Below, piece by piece: positions 14,085-22,880 of a stretch of DNA of 32,138 nt. The translations under genes and the position numbers were made by a program. The notes below the pieces were generated by a model that was given only the letters and a program-made list of their open reading frames with translations, searched no databases and had not been told where the DNA came from. The stretch is from Chiloscyllium plagiosum (Eukaryota), in assembly GCF_004010195.1 (NCBI RefSeq), contig NC_057711.1, positions 70,849,018-70,881,155 of the forward strand, written 5' to 3'. Position 1 is the first letter of the stretch; every line of letters starts with the position of its first letter.

Positions 14085-14480
14085 TTTTAAAAATGTTGTG
14101 AGGTTTCCTGCCTCAGTTATCCTCCAAGGCAGTGCATTTCAGATTCCCACTACCCTCTCAGAGGTTGGTTAGCTTGGTTGGCTGAACAGGTGGTTTGTGA
14201 AGCCAATAGTGCAGGTTCAATTCCCATATTGGCTGAGGTCACCACTGAAAGCCCTACTTACTCAACTTCATCCCTTGCCTGATACATGATAACTGTCAGG
14301 TTAAACTCACCACCAGTCACATCTCTTTCATCAGAAAGTGGCCCTCTGGGACTATGGTGACATTACCCACTACTGTCTGGGTGAAAGCAAATTTCAAACA
14401 TTTCTAAATCTCTTGCTTTTCTCTTTAAAATTATGCCCCCTTGATATTGAACCTTCAACTAAAGGGAACAATATTTTCTA
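14085..14480 (-). mobile_element. CR1 LINE 3' fragment (host of the nested insertions; continues at 16914)
   Basis: Reverse-strand W(N)ALP / FFTQR-like CR1 C-terminal sequence, split by the SINE at 14159-14365; resumes after the Penelope element. Confidence 0.6.
14159..14365 (+). mobile_element. tRNA-derived SINE (non-HE1 family) with target-site duplication
   Basis: A-box-like TAGCTTGGTTGG, B box GGTTCAATTCC at ~14214-14224; imperfect 13-bp TSD CCCACTACCCTCT (14146-14158) / CCCACTACTGTCT (14366-14378). Confidence 0.7.
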
Positions 14481-16913
14481 CATGGCGAAAGTGGGTACTG
14501 CAGATGCTGGAGATTTGAGTCAAGATTAGAGTGGTGCTGGAAAAGCACATCAGGTGAGGCAGCATTTGAGGAGCAAGAAAATCGATGTTTTGGGCAAAAG
14601 CCCTTCATCAGGAATGAGGCTGGGAGTCTCAGGGGTGGAGGGATAAATGGAAGGGGGTGGGGCTGGGTGAAGGTAGCTGAGAGTGCAGTAGGTGGATGGA
14701 GGAGGGGGTGAAGGTGATATGTCGGAGAGGAGGGTGGAGCGGATAGGTGGGAAGGAAGATTGACAGGTGGGACAGGTCATGAGGAAGGTGCTGAGCTGAA
14801 AGATTTGAATTGGGGTGGGGGGAGGGGAAAAAAGGAAGCTGATGAAGTCCACGTTGATATCATGGGGTTGAAGGGGTTCCAAGATGGAAGATGAGGTGTT
14901 CTTCCTCCAGCTGTTGGGTGATGAAGGAGTGGCAATGGAGGAGGTTCAGGACCTGCATGTCCTTGGCAGAGTGGGACGGGGAGTTGAAATGTTCGGCCAC
15001 AGAGCAGTGGGTTTGATTGGTGCGGGTGTCCCAGAGATGTTCTCTGAAGCGCTCTGCCAGTAGGTGGCCAGTGTCCCCAATGTAGAGGAGACCGCATCGG
15101 GAGCAATGGATACAATAAACGACATTGATGGATGTGCAGGTGAAACTTTGATGGATGTGGAAGGCTTCTTAGGGACCTTGGACGGAGGTGAGGAGGGAGA
15201 GGTGTGGGCGCAGGTTTTGCAATTCCTGCAGTGGCGGGGAAGGTGCCAGGAGGGGAGGGTGGGCTGTTACAGGGCATGGACATGGCCAGGTAGTCGCGGG
15301 GGGAGCGGTCTTACAGAAAGCAAATAGGGGTGGGGAGGGACATATATCTTTGGTGATGGGGTCCAAGTGTAAATGCCAGAAATGTCGGTGGATGATGCAA
15401 TGTATACGGAGGTTGGTGGGGTGGAAGGTGAGGACTAGGGGGGTCTATCCTTGTTGTGATTGGAGGGGTGGAGTTCAAGGGCGCAGGTGCAGGACATGGA
15501 TGAGATGCGTTGGAGGGCATCTTCAACCACATGCAAGGGGAAGTTGCATTCTTTAAAGAAGGAGCCATCTGATGTGTTCTGTAGTGGAACTGGTCCTCCT
15601 GGGAGCAGATATGGAGGAAGCGGAGGAATTGGGAATACGGGATGGCATTTTTTGCAGGAGGCAGGGTAGGAAAAGGTGTAACCCAGGTAGTTGTGGGACT
15701 TGGCCAGTTAGTAGAAAATGTTATGTGTTAAGTGTTAGCGGTCACCATTGATGGAGAAGGAGAGGTCCAGCAAGGGGAAAGAGGTGTCAGAGATGGTCCA
15801 GGTGAATTTAAGGTCGGGATGGAATGTGTTGGTGAAGTTGACGAACTGTTCAATCTCCTGTTGGGAGCATGAGGTGGCGCCGATGCAGTCATCAGTGTAG
15901 TGGAGGAAAAGGTGGGGAGTGGTGCCAGTGTAACGACAGAAGATGGACTGTTCTACGTAGCCAACAAAGAGACAGACATAGTTGGGGCCCATGCGGGTGC
16001 CCATGGCTACCCATTTTGTCTGGAAGAAATGGGAGGATTTGACGGAGAAATTGTTGTGGGTGAAGACCAGTTCAGCTAAACGAATGAGAGTGTCAGTGGA
16101 AGGGTACTGGTGGGGACGTTGGGAGAGGAAGAAACGGAGGGCTTGGAGGCCCTGGTCATGACGGATGGAGATGTAGAGGGATTGGATATCCATGGTGAAG
16201 ATGAGTTGTTGGGGGGGCCAGGGAAATGGAAGTCTTGAAGGAGGTGGATGGCATGGGTGGTGTCCCAAACGTATGTGGTGAGTTCCTGGACCATGGGGAT
16301 AGGACAGTATTGAGGTAGGTGGAGATGAATTTGGTGGGGCAGGAGGAGGCTGAGAGGATGGGTCGGCCGGGGTAGTCAGGCCTGTAGACCTTGGGTAGGA
16401 GGTAGAATCAGGTGATGTGGGGTTCCCGAACTGAGGTTGGAAGCTGTGGGTTGGAAATCCCCTGAGGTGATGAGGTCGTGTATGGTCTGATAGATGACGG
16501 TTTGGTAAAGGGAGGAGTGAAGTTATGGTCTCAGTGGTGGTAGGAGAAGGTGTCTTCGAGTTAGTGCCTGGCTTCAGCAGTGTAGAGGTCAATGTGCCAA
16601 ACTACCACTGCATCCCTTTATCTGCTGGTTTAATGGTGAGTTTGGGATTGGAGCAGAGGGAATGGAGGGCAGCACGTTTGAGGGTGAGAGGTTGGAGTGT
16701 GGGAGGAGGGTAAGGTTGAGGCAATTAATGTCTTGGCAGCAGTTGGAAATAAAGAGGTTGAGAGTGAGTAACAGACCGGCAAGGGGTGTCCAGGTGGATG
16801 GGGTATGTTGTAGACGGGCGAAGGGGTCCTCAGAAGGTGGGCAGGAGTCTTGATTGAAAAGGTAAGCTCGGAAGTGGGAGGCGGCGGAAGAAGTGTTCGA
16901 CATCACAATGTCC
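14481..16913 (-). mobile_element. Penelope-like element (RT + GIY-YIG endonuclease), frameshifted
   Basis: ORF 15735-16592 has PLE RT motifs MDIQSLY, VAMGTRMGP and YTDD; ~15040-15170 reads VVYCIHCSRCGLLYIGDTG...RFREH (GIY-YIG); terminus 14485-14616 matches the solo termini at 24670 and 29616; candidate 8-bp TSD ATTTTCTA (14473-14480 / 16914-16921). Confidence 0.92.
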
Positions 16914-17496
16914 ATTTTCTATACACGCTGTCCATGGTCCTCATATTCTTATACCCTTAATCAGGTCCTGCCTCAGCCTTCTCTGTTGTAAAGAAAATAA
17001 CCTAATCCAACCCAGCCTCTTTTCATCGCCAAATTGCTCCATCTCAGGCAATATTCTGGTGAATCTCCTCTGCAACTCCTCCAGTGCAAGCACATCATTC
17101 GTATAGTGTCGTGACCACAATATGCCCTGGTTACCCTCTTACTTTTGATCTGCTTGGAGAATATCTCAGGATTCTTGCAAATCTTATCCATCATGTTGCT
17201 CATGCCTCCTTTTTGCTCTCCTAATTACTTTCTCTGTATTGCCTGGCACTTTCTACATTACACTTGATTCTCTGTTGGTTTACTCCCTTTGTTCCTGTTC
17301 CATGTCTCTTTTTTCCTTCATATCCGATCTAAGTATTCCTAGATATTTGAAATACCTCTGGATTTGTTACTCCTACATTTCACCCTAAAGGAAACACATT
17401 GAGCCTGTAGTCTTGCCAGTTCCATTTTGAATGTTTCCCATTGTTCTGCTGACGATTTTCACAAAAGTAGCAGCCTCCAGTAAACCTTGGCCAGAT
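16914..17496 (-). mobile_element. CR1 LINE fragment (continuation of 14085-14480, internally deleted)
   Basis: Minus strand LEELQRRFTRILPEM..FSDEKRLGW and KICKNPEIFSKQIKSKRVTR (CR1 ORF2). Confidence 0.7.
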
Positions 17497-17581
17497 CCTC
17501 AGAGAACATGAGTTCGCTGATTGGGGCTGTTAATTTGGCCCAATTAGGAAGCCCTGGCTGACATATAAGAAGGGTGCTTGA
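17497..17581 (+). mobile_element. Solo-LTR-like element, 5' part (up to the Tx1 insertion site)
   Basis: GAACATGAGTTCGCTGATTGGGGCTGTTAATTTGGCCCAATTAGGAAGCCCTGGCTGACA-TATAA aligns with the reverse complement of 9634-9712. Confidence 0.72.
17520..17570 (+). promoter_or_regulatory. Putative LTR Pol II promoter (ATTGG/CCAAT boxes + TATA)
   Basis: ATTGG 17520-17524, CCAAT 17540-17544, TATAAGA 17564-17570; TATA conserved (TATAAAT) in the paralog at 9633-9639. Confidence 0.5.
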
Positions 17582-17808
17582 TGCCCTTTGATGTGAAGGG
17601 CAGTGCTTGTCACTGGCCACTCGGGTGTTTTCCTATCTTCCTGGTGGTGGAAATAGAATAAAGATTCGTGCACTGTGTCTCTCACTGTGTCTCACACCTG
17701 CACACACACACACACCATGGGTGCTGGGGAAAAAATAAGCACTACCGCACTTAGGTGGTAGTGTGGGGGTTAAATAAAAAAAGAAAAGAAAGAGAAAAAA
17801 AAAGAAAA
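17582..17808 (+). mobile_element. Tx1 insertion unit 1: 5'-truncated 3' UTR + terminal hairpin + poly(A)
   Basis: Aligns with the 3' UTR at 20055-20204 and extends through CACTACCGC-ACTTAG-GTGGTAGTG before the A tail. Confidence 0.9.
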
Positions 17809-17820
17809 AAGGGTGCTTGA

Positions 17821-17976
17821 TGTGTCTCACACCTGCACACACACACCATGGGTGCTGTGGAAAAAATAAGCACTACCGCTGTTAGGCGATAGTGTGGGGG
17901 TAAAGAAAAAAAAACAAAAAAGAGAAAAAAAAGACAAAAAAACAAAAAAAATAAAAACAGGAGTGTCAGATAAAAA
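17821..17976 (+). mobile_element. Tx1 insertion unit 2: ~80-nt mini-element + composite A tail
   Basis: Starts TGTGTCTCACACCTGCACAC; terminal hairpin; tail contains ACAGGAGTGTCAGA (17957-17970). Confidence 0.88.
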
Positions 17977-17988
17977 AAGGGTGCTTGA

Positions 17989-18142
17989 TGTGTCTCACAC
18001 CTGCACACACACAACATGGGTGCTGGGGAAAAAATAAGCACTACCGCAGTTAGGCGGTAGGGTGGGTTTTTTTTTTAAAAAAAGGAGTGTCCGAGGTTCT
18101 GAAAAAAAAGCAGAGAAAAAAAAAGAAAAAAAAAGAAAAAAA
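17989..18142 (+). mobile_element. Tx1 insertion unit 3: ~80-nt mini-element + composite A tail
   Basis: Same 5' start as unit 2; terminal hairpin; T run; tail contains AGGAGTGTCCGAGGTTCTG (18083-18101). Confidence 0.88.
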
Positions 18143-18157
18143 AAGAAGGGTGCTTGA

Positions 18158-20258
18158 ACCAGCTGGTGGCCGCCATGCTGTGGTACCGGCTGGTCACTTT
18201 GGTCCCTCCTCCTAGCTTGTCGCTGACATCCAGAGAATGTTGGCCGACTTCTTCTGGGACAAAAAGATGCACTGGGTCACTGCGCAGGTTCTGAGTCTCC
18301 CTATTGAGGAGGGCGGTCAGTCGCTGGTGTGCGTCCGCACCCGGGTCGTGGCGTTCCACCTTCAGACCTTGCAGCGATACCTTTACGTCGAGCCTCCTCC
18401 TAGGTGGTGCGCCCTGGCAACGTATTTTTTCCACCAGGTGCGTAGCCTCAACTACGACACGCAGCTCCTGTTCATTGACCGTGACGGTTTGGAGGTCACC
18501 CTCAAGACGCTGCCTGTCTTTTACCAGGACCTGATCACTGTTTGGAACATGGTCGAATCGCACCGCGCCTACCCTCCGGCTGGAGTAGCGGCTGTCGTCA
18601 GGGAGCCGTTGCTCAGGAATCCGCACCTCTGTACTCGCGGGTTCTAGTGGCTGTCGGAGGGGAGGGCCGTGGCAGCGAGGGTGACCAGGGTTGGGGACGT
18701 GCTGGGTGCCGGGGGCCTGGGCTGGACACTGCCGCAGGACATAGCGAGCAGGGCAGCGGTAGACGTCCGGTACGTGGCCACCGCCATCCGATGCCGTAAA
18801 ACGGTGGTGCTCGGACCCGACGTAGTGCACCAGTTGGAGGATGCTCAGGTGTGCGGTGGGATCCCATCCGCGCTCACCCCAGCCTTGATGGAATTTCACA
18901 TTGGCCCCAAGATCCCGTACTTCCCGCGGGAGCCTGTGCCCCACAACCTGAGCCACCTCCAGAATTTTAATTTTGTTCCCTTCCGGGGGGTAAAAAGGAG
19001 GGCCCTGTATATACTGCTGCTGCACACCGTCCACCTCTTCTCCCTCATCCACCGTCCGGACACGCCTTGGCGTGCCCATTTGCCACCGGGCAGTGGGGAT
19101 CCCTAGTGGAGGGCTCTCTACCCGGGAGTCCACCCCCTTTCTCTCGGGGATCTGGGGTGGAGGGTGCTGCACGCAGCAGTCCCCTGCAACCGCAGATTGC
19201 GGTGGTTCACGGACTCCCAGCCCAACTGCTTGTGGGATCCCGTCCGTGCTCATCCAAGCCCGGACGGAATTTCACATTGGCCCCAAGGTCCCGTACTTCC
19301 CGCGGGAGCCTGTGCCCCACAACCTGAGCCACCTCCGGAATTTTAATTTTGTTCCCTTGCAGGGGGTAAAAAGGAGGGCCCTGTATAGACTGCTGCTGCA
19401 CACCGTCCACCTCTTCTCCCTCATCCACTGCCGGACACACCTTGGCGTGCCCATTTGCCACCGGGCGCTGGGGATCCCCAGTGGAGGACTCTCTATGTGG
19501 GAGTCCTCCCCCTTTCTCTTGGAGATCTGGGGTGGAGGGTGCTGCACGCAACAGTCCCCTGCAATGGCAGATTGCGGTGGTTCACGGACTCCCAGCCCAA
19601 CTGTTTGTTCTGTGGCGCTGTGGAGTCCGTGGACCATGTATATATTGGGTGTGGGCATTTGCACTCCCTTTTTGATTTTCTTAAAAACCTCCTCCTCTGC
19701 TTTTGGTTGCACTTCAGTCCCACGCTCTTGATCTTTGGGCACCCGGTACAGAGGAGGGAGGGCAGGTCTGAAGACCTCCTTGGGTGGGTCTGCTCCTGGG
19801 CCTGACCCAACTGGCCATCAACAGGTCCAGGCAGCGGGCCGTGGAGCGGGTCGTTAGGGCCGACTGCCTACCCCTCTTCCACGGTTACGTTAGGGCCCGG
19901 GTGTCCTTGGAGAAGGAGCACGCGGTGTCCACCAACACCCTGGAGTTGTTCAGGGAGAGGTGGGCGCTGCAGGGAGTTGAGTGCTTTATCTCCCCCTCCA
20001 ACTCTATTTTGATTTAATCCCAGCCCTCCCCTTCACTGTTTGATCACACAGCACTGCCCTTTGTGAAGGGCACTGCTTATCACTGCCCACTTGGGTGTTT
20101 CTTTTCTTCCTGGTGGTGGAAACTGAATAAAGATTCATGCACCTTGTGTCCTTCACTGTGTCTCACACCTGCACACACACAACATGGGTGCTGGGAAAAA
20201 AATAAAAAGAAAAAGAAAAAAAGAAAAAATCGACACTATAAAAAGAAAAGGAAAAACA
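18158..20258 (+). mobile_element. Tx1 insertion unit 4: 5'-truncated Tx1-clade LINE (post-RT ORF2, CCHC knuckle, 3' UTR, poly(A))
   Basis: QLVAAMLWYRL...FFWDKKMHWV...LSLPIEEGGQSL; DLGWRVLH; CLFCGAVESVDHVYIGC knuckle (~19602-19652); stop TAA 20015-20017; in-frame TAG at 18645 and 19104 plus frameshifts; GC/CpG-rich, so relatively young. Confidence 0.92.
18856..19606 (+). repeat. Internal tandem duplication (~376 bp x2) in Tx1 ORF2
   Basis: 18856-19231 vs 19232-19606, both GTGGGATCCC...CCCAACTG(C/T)TT; about 28 substitutions + 1 indel by manual alignment. Confidence 0.93.
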
Positions 20259-20273
20259 AAGAAGGGTGCTTGA

Positions 20274-20366
20274 CTCTGTATGAGACAGTACTATGGCCAA
20301 GGACTGTTCACGTGTAAACAAAAGTTGACTTGGTGACAGGATACTGACTTCTATGGAGTTATTTCA
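20274..20366 (+). mobile_element. Solo-LTR-like element, 3' part
   Basis: CACGTGTAAACAAAAG..GACTTGGT...TACTGACTTCTATGGAGTTATTTCA matches the reverse complement of 9513-9565 (CACATGTAAATAAAGGGAGACCTGGTACTGGTCTTTATGGAGTTATTTCA). Confidence 0.75.
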
Positions 20367-20810
20367 CCAATCCAAAACCATTTTTTTTGCAGACCATCTT
20401 TTTCCTTTTTCCGGAACAAACTTAAAATGTACTGTCGCTATGCTCCCCAATTGTCAGCTTGAACATAGGCTCAGCTTCGTTCCCCAGAATTATGTTGAAC
20501 ATTGAGCTGTCTCTTGTTGGACATTCTATATGTTGATATAAAAGGCTCTCCTGAATACATTTCAAGGAACCTGCCCCCTCTAAATGCTTTGCACTATGAG
20601 CACCCTTACATTAGGGAAATTTGAAATCCCCGAATATAATTACCCTATTATTGTTTCTCCACACCTCATCTATATATCTGCCCCCCGCTGCCTGATGACT
20701 ATTTTGGGCCTTAATACATTTCCAACAATGTGACAGCACACATTTTATTCTTAAACTCTACCCACAAAGCCTCCTTAGAAGACCCTTCTAAAATAGCATC
20801 CCTCTTATGT
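20367..20810 (-). mobile_element. CR1 LINE APE-endonuclease fragment (continuation of the host CR1)
   Basis: Reverse strand RVIIFGDFKFP at ~20612-20648 (GDFN motif); decayed. Confidence 0.6.
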
Positions 20811-20989
20811 AAATACAAATACCTCCTTTCTCAAAGCAAGCTATCTGAAGTATAAAAGAAATGTCATTCTTTGCAATAAATGTTCCTTAATGCAATTTTC
20901 ATATATAGAACCCGAAATAAACTACTGCCTGCTATCCATAAGGAATGTGTGAACTGGTCAGTAATCTGGGTTGCTTAATTTTCCTCAGT

Positions 20990-21385
20990 GTCAAAATGGC
21001 TCAATTGGTAGCATTCTCGTCTCTGTGTTAGAAGGCTGTGTAGACAATCTCCACTTTAGAAATGTGCATAAAAAGCCAGCCTGACACTAATGTTGCTCTG
21101 TTGGAGGTGTCTCTTTCAGATGAGGAAATTAAACCACCAGTCTTTCAGCTCTGGCTGGCATACATGCAACATACTCTGGCACTGTTTCAAAAATAAGGAG
21201 AGAGCAATCTCTGATGTTCTGGCTAACCTTTATCCATTAACATACATCACTAAGGTAGTTTATCTAGTCATTATCACTATTATGTTCCTGGGAACTTGCT
21301 GTGTGTAAAGTTGATGCTACGTTACTGATATTAGAGTTGTGTTGACCTACCAAAAGCTTTGAAACAACCTGATGTCATGGAAGGG
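20990..21385 (+). mobile_element. Ancient tRNA-headed SINE with a Deu-domain-like core (SacSINE1/AmnSINE-like)
   Basis: Head TGGCTCAATTGGTAGCA; core TTTCAGATGAGGAAATTAAAC...GGCACTGTTTC...TGTTCTGGCTAACCTTTATCC...GGGAACTTGCTGTGTGTAAAGTTG resembles the Deu consensus as I recall it. Confidence 0.62.
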
Positions 21386-22072
21386 ATTCAGTAAACTCAA
21401 ACTGTGTGTGGAAACTATCCTTCAAGAAGGATTGTATCTTAAATACGGTACTTAAATTAGGGGCCTGGCTTAGTGTTGCCTAAAAAAGAGGACTCTACTA
21501 ATTTCTAACCTTTGATCCTATCTGCCAAGTTTAGTTTTGTATTTGCCTCATCACTGTGAGTGCTTTTTGCTCTGTAATCTGTAATGACAGAAGAATTTGC
21601 ATGATTACACGAGCAAAGCTTTAGTGGTCTGAAACAAAACAAAGGTTTTATGCTATGTGCCTGCTTTGATCTAATTAGATCTCCAATAGTTATGCTGCTA
21701 TTAACCATAATATGAAAATAATTTTCAAGAAGTAGATTGTGTAGAAACAAAATTGTATGAATATTACTTTATAAAACAGAACATCCCTGCATTGAGCATT
21801 AAACTGCTTTAATCTCTGAAATTTGCAATGGAACATTGAATGACCAGGGGTAAACCTAAGCAAAAACATTTAATTGCTAGAGGCCTTGTCAATTGTTTGA
21901 CATGAATTACCACAAAAGTGAAACAAAATACTTATTGTTTTTGTTGGCCAAGCAACAGAAGATACATAATAGCGATCCAGAAACAAAGAAACAGACACAT
22001 ATGCAATGGTTGTCGATCTTCACAGTTTACTTAATGAGCATTTATATCACAAAACAGTTTTTTTTTACTGTT

Positions 22073-22880
22073 TGAATTGAATTAGCTTTATTGTCATATG
22101 TACTCAAATGAGTACAGTGAAAAGTTTACAGTTACCACATTACAGTGTCATTTAGTTACAAAGGTACTGAGGTGAGCATAATTCATAGGAAACAAAAGAA
22201 ATTAGAAAAAAAAAGTCTGGCATTATAGGTATAGGAATAAATTAGAAAAAATAAAAAAGTAAGAAGTTCAGAATATCAGTCTTTCTGACCCACTCCATCA
22301 TGGGAAACCTCCATCACCTTACTGCTGCCTTCAACAGACCCACCAATGTGGGAGTCACTCCATTTTACGAGATGCTGCTGAACCCATACTTGCCCAGCAA
22401 CTAAGAGTCCCTGGCTCCGTTGCCAGGCCAGGCCACAACTGGGCCACAGATCCCGCTTTGGTGACAGATGTTACCTTGCTGGTGCCGCCATCTTGAACAT
22501 TCCGGTGCTGCCAGTACCGCCATCCCTGACCACTGGAGGAGCTTTGTTGATGCTGACACTGGCCATGAATGCAGGGAGAGTGACCTCTCTGCCACTGGCC
22601 CCAAATGGTGGGTAACACACTTGCTGTCATTGCCACTGTCTCCTATTGCCAGGAGAAGCCATATCCGCATTCCGCCTTTGGCCCGCTCTTGCTGCTGTGT
22701 CAGTGCTGCAGGCCATCCTGCCACAGAAAAGTAGATAAAAAGGGCAAAAGGAAAGGAAAATAAAGTGAAAGAAAGGAGCAGAAGCAAAAGTAAAACAAAG
22801 AAGGAAAGCAGATGGGAGTGAATGGACCCCAGGCAAGCGCCCACCCCACACAGTCCTGTTGCTTGGCCACCATCTTGCAC
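22073..22880 (-). mobile_element. Non-coding LINE-derived non-autonomous element with (ATTCA)n tail
   Basis: Minus strand begins near AAGATGGTGGCC and ends CTTTTCACTGTACTCATTTGAGTACATATGACAATAAAGCTAATTCAATTCAA; homologous tail at 27185-27430. Confidence 0.5.

Larger units (their letters stand above)
17567..20273 (+). repeat. Five copies of target-site duplication (AAGA)AGGGTGCTTGA delimiting four tandem insertions
   Basis: GGGTGCTTGA at 17572-17581, 17811-17820, 17979-17988, 18148-18157, 20264-20273; full 15-mer AAGAAGGGTGCTTGA at 17567, 18143 and 20259; copies 2-5 each follow an A-rich tail. Confidence 0.93.

Noticed and set aside
17715..17745. 3' UTR contains GGGTGCT and TAAGCAC resembling or complementary to the local target (RNA-guided targeting?)
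   Set aside because: Only 6-7 nt, and the captured and paralogous targets (AGGAGTGTCAGA) do not share the match.
17567..18157. CRISPR-like repeat/spacer appearance
   Set aside because: Eukaryotic context, no cas genes, and the spacers are homologous poly(A)-tailed LINE 3' ends; the repeats are TSDs.
18075..19253. 392-aa minus-strand ORF
   Set aside because: Antisense to GC-rich Tx1 ORF2, runs into the poly(A) complement and has no recognisable domain.
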